The position numbers and the translations under genes are program-made. Shown here in pieces: positions 1 to 8,595 of a DNA stretch of 44,054 nt. Each line of letters begins with the position of its first letter. Positions within the stretch are counted from its first letter, which is position 1. The DNA comes from Erythrobacteraceae bacterium (GTDB lineage: Bacteria; Pseudomonadota; Alphaproteobacteria; Sphingomonadales; Sphingomonadaceae). The stretch covers positions 1 to 44,054 of the forward strand of contig JANOAH010000180.1 of NCBI GenBank assembly GCA_031411075.1, in the 5' to 3' direction. Under the pieces are notes generated by a model. It had not been told where the DNA came from, made no database searches, and saw nothing but the letters and a program-made list of their open reading frames with translations.

Positions 1-2
1 CG

Positions 3-467
3 GTAGTCGCCTGGGCGCTGATCGTCGGCGGGATCGCCATCCTGGTGGTCGAACGCTTCGCCGCGCCGACCCAGGGCGGCGGTGTGGCGCAGGTCAGCCT
101 GCGCCAGGCGCTCGGCGTCGGCCTGGTGCAATGCCTGGCGATGATCCCCGGGGTCAGCCGCTCGGGCGCGACGATCATGGGGGCGATGGCGCTCGGCATC
201 GATCGCAAGACCGCGGCCGAATTCAGCTTCTTCCTCGCGCTGCCGACGCTGACCGGCGCTACCGTGCTGCAATTATTCAAGCATCGCGACGCGCTCGACA
301 GTGGCGATTTCGGCCTGATCGCGGTCGGCTTTGCGGTCTCTTTCGTGGTCGCGCTGGCGGTGATCAAGGGCTTCGTCGCCTATGTCAGCCGCCACGGTTT
401 CGCGCCTTTCGCATGGTACCGGATCGTGGTCGGCGTGGCCGCGCTCGCCTGGCTGGCGCTGCGCTAG
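3..467 (+). CDS. uppP: Undecaprenyl-diphosphate phosphatase (BacA/UppP), 5'-truncated by window edge
   Basis: Open frame from nt 3; hydrophobic protein with the BacA motifs 'QCLAMIPGVSRSGATI' and 'AAEFSFFLALP'; ends 'FAPFAWYRI'. Confidence 0.95.
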   Translation, partial: VVAWALIVGGIAILVVERFAAPTQGGGVAQVSLRQALGVGLVQCLAMIPGVSRSGATIMGAMALGIDRKTAAEFSFFLALPTLTGATVLQLFKHRDALDSGDFGLIAVGFAVSFVVALAVIKGFVAYVSRHGFAPFAWYRIVVGVAALAWLALR

Positions 468-478
468 AAAAAAAGATT

Positions 479-504
479 CACAATTTCGCCACAATTTGTG
501 GAAC
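479..504 (+). promoter_or_regulatory. Putative transcription-factor site upstream of small lipoprotein gene
   Basis: CACAATTT direct repeat at 479-486 and 490-497 (11-bp period), overlapping the dyad CCACAA-T-TTGTGG (489-501) in an AT-rich intergenic patch. Confidence 0.4.
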
Positions 505-598
505 TCAGCCCCGCTACCTGTATTGTTGAGTCAGCGCCACTTCGGCGCTCGCTTGGGCGCAGCGGCCAACCGCGGCCCGCCAACTAAGGGATGAGTTC

Positions 599-853
599 AT
601 GAAGAAGCTTATTGCCATTGCGTCGGCCGCCGCGCTCGGCCTGGGTCTTGCGGCTTGCGATAGCGCTGCCGAAAACAACGCCGAACAGGCTGCCGAAGCC
701 ACCGACGACGCCAACGAAGAAGCGATCGACGCGGCTGAAGACGCCGGCCAGATCACCGACGATCAGGCCGATGCCGCCGTGGCTGCCTCGGAAGAAAACA
801 AGGACGCCGCCGAAGACGCCGCCGACACGATGGACAGCGGCGAGCCCGAATAA
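599..853 (+). CDS. Small acidic Ala/Asp/Glu-rich lipoprotein
   Basis: MKK-hydrophobic-LAAC lipobox; low-complexity acidic mature region; followed by an intrinsic terminator. Confidence 0.85.
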   Translation: MKKLIAIASAAALGLGLAACDSAAENNAEQAAEATDDANEEAIDAAEDAGQITDDQADAAVAASEENKDAAEDAADTMDSGEPE

Positions 854-873
854 GGCGCTCGACAGCGAATGAC

Positions 874-912
874 AAAGGCCGGTCCGGGTTCGCCCGGGCC
901 GGCTTTTTCTTT
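874..912 (+). terminator. Rho-independent terminator, possibly bidirectional
   Basis: AAAGGCCGGTCCGGG-TTCG-CCCGGGCCGGCTTTTTCTTT: GC stem, UUCG loop and T-tract, between convergent genes. Confidence 0.9.
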
Positions 913-916
913 GCGC

Positions 917-1855
917 TTAGACCGGTGCGGCGTCGGACTCGCGTCCGCCGCGCAAGTGGTATTCCTGCGTGCCCCGGTGCAACACGTCGTCGACGTCGAT
1001 CACCGCCGAATTGGCATAAGTGAATCCGGCCCCGAGACCGCGATAGAGGCGGTCGAAATCGCGCTCAACCGTCTGGTGGTAAAGGTCTTCGAAACTGTCG
1101 ATGACGAAGTAGGTCGGCTGCAGGTCATCGATGACATAGTCGGTGCGCATAACCCGGTCGACGTTGAGCATAATGCGGTTGGGGGACTGCGCCTCGAGCG
1201 CGAACACGGCCTCGCGCGGGCCCGACAGGATCCCCGCGCCGTAGATGCGCAAGTCTTCACCTTCGCGGATCAGCCCGAATTCCACCGTGTACCAGTACAG
1301 CGCGCCGAGCGCCTTCAACCGGTTGTAGCGCATCGCCTTCCACCCGGCCTTGCCGTATTCGTGCATGTAATCGGCGAACACCGGATCGGTCAGCATCGGC
1401 ACGTGGCCAAACACGTCGTGGAACACGTCGGGTTCCTGGATGTAATCGAAGTGCGCGCGGCTGCGGATGAAGTTGCCCGCGGGGAAGCGGCGGTTGGCGA
1501 GGTGCCAGAAGAACACGTGATCGGGAATCAGCATCGGCACCGGGACCACGCTCCACCCGGTCAGCCGGCCGAGCTCTTCGGACAGCTGGGCGAATTCGGG
1601 CACGCCGCCCCGATTGAGGTGCAGTTTCTGCAGCCCGGCCATGAACGCCCCGCAGGCGCGGCCGGGCAGAATATCCATCTGCCGTTCGAACAGGTCGTTC
1701 CAGATCGCATCGTCATCGGACGAATAGGCGCGCTGCGCCGGCTCGAGCCAGTCTTCGCCTATATGCGCCGGACGTTGCAGCGGCGCGGTGAAGACATCAC
1801 CCGCGACGTGCGGAATCGCGCTGAAATCGCTCGCGGGATCGACGATCGTGGCCAT
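917..1855 (-). CDS. phhA: Phenylalanine 4-monooxygenase
   Basis: Iron-binding motif 'EPDVFHDVFGHVPML', plus 'LYWYTVEFGL' and 'YGAGILS'. ATG at 1855; alternative GTG at 1879. Confidence 0.95.
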   Translation of the reverse strand: MATIVDPASDFSAIPHVAGDVFTAPLQRPAHIGEDWLEPAQRAYSSDDDAIWNDLFERQMDILPGRACGAFMAGLQKLHLNRGGVPEFAQLSEELGRLTGWSVVPVPMLIPDHVFFWHLANRRFPAGNFIRSRAHFDYIQEPDVFHDVFGHVPMLTDPVFADYMHEYGKAGWKAMRYNRLKALGALYWYTVEFGLIREGEDLRIYGAGILSGPREAVFALEAQSPNRIMLNVDRVMRTDYVIDDLQPTYFVIDSFEDLYHQTVERDFDRLYRGLGAGFTYANSAVIDVDDVLHRGTQEYHLRGGRESDAAPV

Positions 1856-1909
1856 GGTTTCGGCGGTAACCTCTAGCACGGCTTGGCCGCCGCCGCCAAC
1901 GCCGCGCCG

Positions 1910-2101
1910 TCAACCTTCGGGCGCGGGGGTGGGGGATGCGGCGGCCGCGGGTGGTAACGCGTCTGCGGGCAGGCGTCGCTCATCGAGCATCGCCGCCGCC
2001 TCGTCCAGCGCGCGCGCTTCGCCCACGGTCACGCCGCCGGGGCCGGGATCGGTGTCCTGGGCGCCGCAGCCGGTCAGCACCAGCGCTGCGCCCAGCGACA
2101 A
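1910..2101 (-). CDS. Small putative lipoprotein (start uncertain: TTG 2101 or ATT 2116)
   Basis: Hydrophobic stretch ending in the lipobox LTGC, then 'DPGPGGVTVGEARALDEAAAMLD'; directly downstream of another lipoprotein gene; no in-frame ATG near the signal peptide. Confidence 0.6.
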   Translation of the reverse strand: MSLGAALVLTGCGAQDTDPGPGGVTVGEARALDEAAAMLDERRLPADALPPAAAASPTPAPEG

Positions 2102-2111
2102 GGCCGTGGTC

Positions 2112-2411
2112 CTAATTGGCCGGTTCCTCGGTCGCTTCGGCGGCCGCGGCGGCATCGGCGGCAGCCTGGGCGTCGGTCGCGGCGACGAGCGCGGCGTCAC
2201 CGGCTTCTTCGGCATTGGCTTGTTCCTCGGCGGTGGCTTCCTCGGCCGCGGTGGTGGCATCGGCGGCCGGATCGGGGACGTTGGCCATCGCCTCGTCGGC
2301 CGGCAGTTCGACATTGTCGGCCATCGCGTCTTCCGAGGCGTCATCGGTATCACCGCAAGCAGCGAGCGTCAGCGCGAACGAGGCGGCGGCAAACAGGGCA
2401 AGTTTCTTCAT
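2112..2411 (-). CDS. Small acidic Ala-rich lipoprotein
   Basis: MKKLALFAAASFALTLAAC signal and lipobox from ATG 2411; acidic low-complexity mature part. Confidence 0.85.
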   Translation of the reverse strand: MKKLALFAAASFALTLAACGDTDDASEDAMADNVELPADEAMANVPDPAADATTAAEEATAEEQANAEEAGDAALVAATDAQAAADAAAAAEATEEPAN

Positions 2412-2536
2412 CGTCAGGAGCCTTTCGGGCGAGCGTTGCGTCGTGCAGCAAGCTAGCCGAGCCGCGCGGCCAAGAAAACGGCAAAACGGAGGCGGTTGCG
2501 GTTTGCCCATTGGGCGCGATCTGCCACAGCGGGACG

Positions 2537-4321
2537 ATGGAGAGCGAGGTCGCCACGCCAACCCGCGCCGAAGCGGCGCTGCGCGCGGTATTCGGGTTCG
2601 ACACTTTCCGCGGCGTGCAGCGCGATGTGGTCGAACGCGTGCTGGACGGGCGCTCGGCGCTGGCGGTCATGCCCACCGGCGCGGGCAAGTCGCTGACCTA
2701 TCAGCTCCCCGCGACGCTGCTCGAAGGCACTTGCGTGGTGATTTCGCCGCTGATCGCGCTGATGCACGATCAATTGCGCTCGGCGCGCGCCAATGGCATC
2801 GCCGCGGCCACCCTGACCAGCGTCGATGAGGATCGCGAGGCTACGATCGCCGCCTTCCGCGCCGGCGAGCTCGACTTGCTCTATGTCGCGCCCGAACGCG
2901 CCAGCCAGCCGCATTTCCGCGCCCTGCTGACCGCCGGCAAAGTGGCGCTGTTTGCAATCGACGAGGCGCATTGCGTCAGCGAATGGGGCCACGATTTCCG
3001 CCCCGACTACCGCCAACTGCGCCCGCTGATGGACGCATTCCCCGAGGTCCCGCGCCTCGCGCTCACCGCCACCGCCGACGAACGCACGCGCGCCGACATC
3101 CTCGCCCAGCTCGGCATTCCGGCCGACGGGCTGGTGATCGCCGGGTTCGACCGGCCCAATATCCGATACGTCATCCGCCACCGCGACACTGCGGCGCGCC
3201 AGTTGACGCAGCTCCTGGCCGAACAGCCGGGGCCGGGCATCGTCTATGCGCCGACGCGCAAGAAAGTGGAGGCGCTGGCCGAGGCGCTGGGCAACCGTGC
3301 CGGGCGCACCGTGCTGCCCTATCACGCCGGGCTCGACCCGCGGGTGCGCGCCGCCAACCAGGCCGCCTTCGTCGCCAGCGAAGACGCGGTGATCGTCGCC
3401 ACGGTGGCGTTCGGCATGGGCATCGACAAGCCCGACGTGCGCTTCGTCGCGCATGCCGGGATCCCCAAGTCGATCGAGGCCTATTACCAGGAAACCGGCC
3501 GCGCCGGGCGCGACGGCGATCCGGCGCTGGCGCTGATGCTGTGGGCGGCGGGCGATTTCGCCCAGGCCCGGCAGCGGCTGGGCGAAGTGGCGGCGGAGCG
3601 GCAGGGGGACGAGCGCGCCCGGCTCGACGCGCTGGCGACGCTGGTCGAAACCCCCGGCTGCCGGCGCGCGGTGCTGCTGCGCCATTTCGGCGAGCATCCG
3701 CCCGAACGCTGCGGCAATTGCGACAACTGCCACGAAGCGCCAGGCGTGGTCGACGCGAGCGAACTGGCCCGCAAGCTGCTTTCGGCCGTCTATCGCACCG
3801 GGCAGAGCTTCGGGATCGGCCACTTGCAGAAGGTGCTGACCGGGGCCGAGGACGAACGCGTGCGGCAGCGCGGGCATGACCGGCTGAGCGTGTTCGGCAT
3901 CGTCGGCGCGGAAGAGGCGCGGCTGCTGCAGCCGCTTGCCCGCGCCTTGCAGGCGCGCGGCACGCTGGTGGCGAACGAGCATGGCGGGCTCAAGTTCGGC
4001 GCCGATGCCCGCGCTATCCTCAAGGGCGAGACGGCGGTCGAGATCGTCCGTCCGCCCGAAGGCCGCGCGGTGCGGCGGCGGCAACAGGGCGTGCCCAACC
4101 CCGTCGGCGATCCGCTGTTCGAAGCGCTGCGCGCGCTACGCCGCGATCTCGCCGCCGAAGCGCAAGTCCCGCCTTATGTGATCTTCCACGACGCGGTGCT
4201 GCGTGAGATGGCCGCGACTCGGCCGGCGACGCTGGCCGCGTTGGGCACGATCTCAGGCGTCGGCGCGCGCAAGCTGGAGGCTTTCGGAGAGGCGTTTCTG
4301 GGTGTGATCCGCCGGCATTAG
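2537..4321 (+). CDS. recQ: DNA helicase RecQ
   Basis: Walker A 'MPTGAGKS', 'DEAHCVSEWGHDFRP', 'QETGRAGRDG', Zn-binding Cys cluster 'CRR...CGNCDNC', RQC and C-terminal HRDC ('VPPYVIFHD'). Confidence 0.97.
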   Translation: MESEVATPTRAEAALRAVFGFDTFRGVQRDVVERVLDGRSALAVMPTGAGKSLTYQLPATLLEGTCVVISPLIALMHDQLRSARANGIAAATLTSVDEDREATIAAFRAGELDLLYVAPERASQPHFRALLTAGKVALFAIDEAHCVSEWGHDFRPDYRQLRPLMDAFPEVPRLALTATADERTRADILAQLGIPADGLVIAGFDRPNIRYVIRHRDTAARQLTQLLAEQPGPGIVYAPTRKKVEALAEALGNRAGRTVLPYHAGLDPRVRAANQAAFVASEDAVIVATVAFGMGIDKPDVRFVAHAGIPKSIEAYYQETGRAGRDGDPALALMLWAAGDFAQARQRLGEVAAERQGDERARLDALATLVETPGCRRAVLLRHFGEHPPERCGNCDNCHEAPGVVDASELARKLLSAVYRTGQSFGIGHLQKVLTGAEDERVRQRGHDRLSVFGIVGAEEARLLQPLARALQARGTLVANEHGGLKFGADARAILKGETAVEIVRPPEGRAVRRRQQGVPNPVGDPLFEALRALRRDLAAEAQVPPYVIFHDAVLREMAATRPATLAALGTISGVGARKLEAFGEAFLGVIRRH

Positions 4322-4340
4322 AACGACTTGCGCCGGCCGC

Positions 4341-4380
4341 TTGACCTTCCCTGACTATGATATAAATATGATATCATAAT
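4341..4380 (+). promoter_or_regulatory. Sigma70-type promoter overlapped by an AT-rich operator
   Basis: TTGACC at 4341-4346; TATGATAT direct repeat at 4356 and 4367; perfect palindrome TATGATATCATA at 4367-4378; strongly AT-rich against a GC-rich background. Confidence 0.75.
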
Positions 4381-4403
4381 TCTTCGCAACGGGGGACCTT
4401 TCG

Positions 4404-5327
4404 ATGACCGATTCGCATCCTGCCATGACCGCCAGCCGCGAAACGCGGGCCTGGTCGGTGTCCGGCTATGTGCAGCTGGTGGTATTCCTGGCACTTCTCG
4501 GGTGGTTCGCGTGGCGAATCATCGCGGTCGCCAACGCGATCCCGCCGACCGAACCGAGTGGCGCTGAGATCGCCGGCTTTGTCGGCTCGATGGTGGCGAT
4601 CCCGCTGCTGCTGGTACTGATCGCCAAGGGCTTCTACATGATCCAGCCCAACCAGGCGGTGGCGATCACGCTGTTCGGATCGTACCGCGGTACCGACCGT
4701 CAGGCCGGGCTGCGCTGGGTGTGGCCGTGGATGGGCAAGACCAAGGTCTCGGTCCGCGCCAACAACCTCATCTCCGACAAGATCAAGGTCAACGATCTGC
4801 GCGGCAACCCGATCGAAATGGCCGCACAAGTGGTGTGGCGGGTCATCGACACCGCCCAGGCGCTGTATGATGTCGACGATTACAAGGCGTTCGTCATGGT
4901 CCAGATCGAAGCCGCAGTGCGGGCGATCGGCAGCCGCTATCCCTACGACGATTTCGCGCATCAGGAGGTGACGCTGCGCGGCAGCCACGATCAGGTCGGC
5001 TCCGAACTGCGCACCGAGTTGATCGAGCGGCTCAAGCTGGCCGGCATCACGGTTGACGAGTGCGGCTTCACCCATCTCGCCTATGCGCAGGAAATCGCCG
5101 GGGCGATGCTGCGACGTCAGCAGGCCGAAGCGGTGGTCGCGGCGCGCAAGACGCTGGTCGAAGGCGCGGTCGGCATGGTCGAGATGGCGCTCGATCAGCT
5201 CAGCGCCAAGAACGTGGTCCACCTTGACGACGAGCGCCGCGCGGCGATGGTCAGCAACCTGATGGTGGTCCTGTGCGGCGAGCGCGACGTGAACCCGGTG
5301 GTGAACGCGGGCACACTGTACCAGTAA
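4404..5327 (+). CDS. SPFH (band 7/stomatin-like) domain membrane protein
   Basis: Two N-terminal TM segments, then 'IQPNQAVAITLFGSYRGT', 'KVNDLRGNPIE' and 'HLAYAQEIAGAMLRRQQA', typical of a bacterial SPFH subfamily. Confidence 0.9.
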   Translation: MTDSHPAMTASRETRAWSVSGYVQLVVFLALLGWFAWRIIAVANAIPPTEPSGAEIAGFVGSMVAIPLLLVLIAKGFYMIQPNQAVAITLFGSYRGTDRQAGLRWVWPWMGKTKVSVRANNLISDKIKVNDLRGNPIEMAAQVVWRVIDTAQALYDVDDYKAFVMVQIEAAVRAIGSRYPYDDFAHQEVTLRGSHDQVGSELRTELIERLKLAGITVDECGFTHLAYAQEIAGAMLRRQQAEAVVAARKTLVEGAVGMVEMALDQLSAKNVVHLDDERRAAMVSNLMVVLCGERDVNPVVNAGTLYQ

Positions 5328-5343
5328 GGCGGCAGTTCGGGTC

Positions 5344-5553
5344 ATGCCGCCGCCGGCGAAGAAAGCCTTTCCGCTCCGTCTCGACCCGGCGCTCCACGCC
5401 GCGGTCGAACGGCTGGCGGCGCAGGACCTGCGCTCGGTCAACGCCGAGGTCGAATGCCTGCTGCGCGAGGCGCTCGCGCGGCGCGGCGTGCGGGTCCCGA
5501 CCGCCGAACCCGTCAAGCGCGGACGGCCACCCAATGCGGACACTAAGCCTTAG
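5344..5553 (+). CDS. Arc-like ribbon-helix-helix DNA-binding protein
   Basis: 'KKAFPLRLDPALHAAVERLAAQDLRSVNAEVECLLREAL' matches the Arc-type strand-helix-helix pattern; 16 bp after the SPFH gene. Confidence 0.85.
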   Translation: MPPPAKKAFPLRLDPALHAAVERLAAQDLRSVNAEVECLLREALARRGVRVPTAEPVKRGRPPNADTKP

Positions 5554-5588
5554 CCGGATTTTAACCTCGATTCGCTAGCCGTGCGGGC

Positions 5589-6572
5589 ATGGCCAGCCTT
5601 GCCCGTCTGCATCCGACCCGCCCTTCGCATCTTGCCGTAGGCGTGCTTGCGGTGCTGGCGGTGGCGGCGATCCCGCTCGGCGCGCTGCTCGCCCAACAAG
5701 CACCGGCACCTTTTACTGTGGTCGAAACCGGCCAGGGCTTCGCGCGGCTGCAGCAGGCGGTTGACGCGATCGGCGACGGGCAGGGCACGATCGCCGTTTC
5801 CCCCGGCCGCCACGCCGATTGCGCGGTGCAGACGGCCGGAGTGGTCGCTTATTTCGCTTATGAGCCGGGCACCGCGATTTTCGATGGGCGCACTTGCGAA
5901 GGCAAAGCGGCGTTGGTGCTGCGCGGTCGCGGCGCTGAAGTCTCCGGCCTCATTTTCCAGAACATGCGCGTGCCCGACATGAACGGAGCCGGCATCCGCC
6001 TCGAACAGGGCGACCTGACGGTGGCCGAAACCTGGTTCCGCGACAGCGAACAGGGCATCCTCACCGCCGACGATCCCTCGAGCCGGCTGATCATCGACCG
6101 CTCGACCTTTTCGCGGCTCGGCACTTGCGAAGGCGCCGGCGGCTGCGCCCATTCGCTCTACACCGGCGATTACGGCCAGGTCCGCGTGACCCGCAGCCGC
6201 TTCGAGGAAGGCCGCGGCGGGCACTACCTGAAGAGCCGCGCGGCGCGGATCGAAGTGGCGAGCTCTAGCTTCGACGATTCGCACGGCCGCGCGACCAACT
6301 ACATGATCGACCTGCCCGCGGGCGCCGTCGGCCAGATCAGCAACAACTGGTTCGTGCAGGGCGAGGACAAGGAGAACTACTCCGCGTTCATCGCGGTGGC
6401 CGCCGAAGACATCCAGCATCCCAGCGCCGGCCTGGTCATCGCCGGCAACGATGCGCGCCTCGCGCCAGGCGTCGATCGCAACACCACCTTCGTCGCCGAC
6501 TGGTCGGGCGACCGCCTCTCGCTCGGCGAAAACGCGCTCGGCCCCGGCCTCGCCCGCTTCGAACGGCGCTGA
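5589..6572 (+). CDS. Exported right-handed parallel beta-helix repeat protein
   Basis: N-terminal hydrophobic signal; repeats such as 'NGAGIRLEQGDLTV', 'SEQGILT' and 'GHYLKSRA', characteristic of pectin-lyase-like beta-helix proteins. Confidence 0.75.
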   Translation: MASLARLHPTRPSHLAVGVLAVLAVAAIPLGALLAQQAPAPFTVVETGQGFARLQQAVDAIGDGQGTIAVSPGRHADCAVQTAGVVAYFAYEPGTAIFDGRTCEGKAALVLRGRGAEVSGLIFQNMRVPDMNGAGIRLEQGDLTVAETWFRDSEQGILTADDPSSRLIIDRSTFSRLGTCEGAGGCAHSLYTGDYGQVRVTRSRFEEGRGGHYLKSRAARIEVASSSFDDSHGRATNYMIDLPAGAVGQISNNWFVQGEDKENYSAFIAVAAEDIQHPSAGLVIAGNDARLAPGVDRNTTFVADWSGDRLSLGENALGPGLARFERR

Positions 6573-6579
6573 TCGAATT

Positions 6580-6712
6580 GCGCTCGCAAAGGCGCAAAGG
6601 CGCCAAGAGCTTGCGCTAGCGGCGAAGCCGCTCATCAAAATCATGACAAAAGATGGACGGCGGTGTTGCCGCTGAGCGATCCTTCTTGGCGCCTTTGCCC
6701 CTTTGCGAGCGC
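6580..6712. repeat. MITE/REP-like palindromic element with 29-bp terminal inverted repeats
   Basis: Left arm 6580-6608 GCGCTCGCAAAGGCGCAAAGGCGCCAAGA and right arm 6684-6712 match at 28/29; internal hairpin AGCGGC-GAA-GCCGCT at 6618-6632. Confidence 0.8.
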
Positions 6713-7771
6713 CTAATCGAACAGATGCCCGGCCTTATCTCGCTTGGTGGCGAGGTAAGCGGCGTTGTGCGGGTTGGCCGGCAGGCTGTGCGCGACCCGT
6801 TCGGCGACGGCCACTCCGGCTGCCTGTAGCGCCGCGACCTTGGCGGGGTTGTTGGTCAGCAGACGCACCGCATCCACACCTAGCAATTCAAGCATCCGCG
6901 CCGCGATGGGAAAATCGCGCGCTTCGGCGGGGAGACCGAGCCGACGATTGGCCTCGAGCGTGTCGAAGCCCTGGTCCTGCAGGCGGTAGGCGCGCAGCTT
7001 GTTGACCAGGCCGATGCCGCGCCCCTCCTGGCGCAAGTACAGGAGCACGCCCCAGCCGCCGGCGCTGGCCTCTTCGGCCATCGCCGCCAGCGCGCCATCG
7101 AGTTGCGGCCCGCAATCGCAGCGCAGCGAGCCGAGCAGGTCGCCGGTCAGGCATTCGGAGTGCAGCCGCACCAGCGGCACCCGGTCGGCGCTTTGCTTGC
7201 CGAGAATCAGCGCGACATGCTCGCGGGTGTCATCGGGACTGCGGAACACCACGATCTCGCCCTGCTCGCTGGCGGCGACCGGCAGCCGGGCGCGGGTGGC
7301 GATGGCGAGCCGCGCCGGATCGAGCAGCGCGGCAAGATCGGCCGGATCGAGCGCCACCGGCTCGCTCACCGGCGCGGCATCGACCAGGAAAGCCGGCAGG
7401 ATCCCGGCGATCCGCGCCAGATCGAGCGCCGCCGCGGCTTCGTCCGCCCACGGCAGTGGCTCAGCGCGGAACGGCCCTTTGAGCGGCGCGGCGAGGTCGA
7501 GCGAGGGATCGGCGATCGGCAGCGCGGCGACGAGGTCGAGCGGGTCGGCAGCGCGGATCAGCACCGGCGCGTGCGGGCTCGCCGCGTCGCGCTGGTTGCC
7601 GAGCTTGAGCGTCGCAGCGCGCGCCGCGGTGATCAGCGCGTGGGCCGAGCGCGCCTCGCCCGGCGCGGTTTCGACCGGCAGGAGCAGAGGCGCCGCGCCG
7701 ACCCGGATCGGCCAGCCGTGGCGCAGCGCATCGACCGCCTGCGCCGCCCGGCGCGACGAAGGCCCGGTCAC
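6713..7771 (-). CDS. ribA: GTP cyclohydrolase II with N-terminal extension
   Basis: 'VRLHSECLTGD..GSLRCDCG', 'YLRQEGRGIGL.NK' and 'LLTNNPAK'; GTG start overlaps the xth stop (GTGA). Confidence 0.93.
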   Translation of the reverse strand: MTGPSSRRAAQAVDALRHGWPIRVGAAPLLLPVETAPGEARSAHALITAARAATLKLGNQRDAASPHAPVLIRAADPLDLVAALPIADPSLDLAAPLKGPFRAEPLPWADEAAAALDLARIAGILPAFLVDAAPVSEPVALDPADLAALLDPARLAIATRARLPVAASEQGEIVVFRSPDDTREHVALILGKQSADRVPLVRLHSECLTGDLLGSLRCDCGPQLDGALAAMAEEASAGGWGVLLYLRQEGRGIGLVNKLRAYRLQDQGFDTLEANRRLGLPAEARDFPIAARMLELLGVDAVRLLTNNPAKVAALQAAGVAVAERVAHSLPANPHNAAYLATKRDKAGHLFD

Positions 7772-8553
7772 AGCGTGAACTCGGTGATAAGCGGGACGTG
7801 GTCGCTGGGCTGGTCCCACCGGCGGGTTTCCTCGACGATGCGGTGCCCAGTCGCTTGTCGGGCGAGATCGGGCGAGGCCCACATGTGGTCGAGCCGCCGG
7901 CCCTGGTCCTTCTGCCGCCAGTAGGAGCGGTACGACCACCACGAATAGTTGCGTTCCGGCGCGGGGATGTGCTGGCGGCCGAGATCGACCCAGCCGTGGG
8001 CATTCTGGAACCGGCCGAGCGTTTCGCACTCGACCGGCGTGTGACTGACGACCTTGAGCAGCGCCTTGTGATCGTAGACGTCGCAGTCGAGCGGGGCGAC
8101 GTTGAAATCGCCCACGATCAGCGTCGGCCGATCGAGCGCATCGGCCCAGCGGGTCATTCGTTCGAGAAAATCGAGTTTCTGACCGAACTTGGCGTTGACC
8201 GCACGATCCGGAATGTCGCCGCCGGCCGGGATATAGACGTTCTCGAGCACCAGGTCGTGGCCGATCAGTTCGACCCCGACATGCCGCGCCTCGCCATTGT
8301 CCTGCCAGTCATGCCGCGAAAACTCGCGCAGCGGCAGCCGGCTGACCGTGGCGACGCCGTGATAGCCCTTCTGGCCATGAACCACGCGGTGGGTGTAACC
8401 GAGCGCTTCGAACGCGGCGTGCGGGAACTGCTCTTCGCGGCACTTGATCTCCTGCAGGCACAGCACGTCGGGCCATTCCTGCTCGAGCAACCGCGCGATC
8501 TGGTCGATCCGTAAGCGGACCGAATTGATGTTCCAGGTGGCGATCGTGACCAT
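7768..8553 (-). CDS. xth: Exodeoxyribonuclease III
   Basis: 'IATWNINSVR', 'LCLQEIK', 'GDFNVAP', 'YSWWSYR', 'RLDH' and 'SDHVP' EEP-family motifs. Confidence 0.95.
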   Translation of the reverse strand: MVTIATWNINSVRLRIDQIARLLEQEWPDVLCLQEIKCREEQFPHAAFEALGYTHRVVHGQKGYHGVATVSRLPLREFSRHDWQDNGEARHVGVELIGHDLVLENVYIPAGGDIPDRAVNAKFGQKLDFLERMTRWADALDRPTLIVGDFNVAPLDCDVYDHKALLKVVSHTPVECETLGRFQNAHGWVDLGRQHIPAPERNYSWWSYRSYWRQKDQGRRLDHMWASPDLARQATGHRIVEETRRWDQPSDHVPLITEFTL

Positions 8554-8595
8554 GTGCGCGGGGATAGGGGGGGGCGCCGACGGCGGCAAGGGCAG

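Noticed and set aside
500-527. GGAAC...GTT upstream of the 599-853 lipoprotein as an EcfG promoter
   Set aside because: The spacer between GGAAC and GTT is 20 nt, longer than the 17-18 nt expected.
5344-5553. Toxin-antitoxin system
   Set aside because: Only an RHH domain is present; neither neighbour (SPFH protein, exported beta-helix protein) resembles a toxin.
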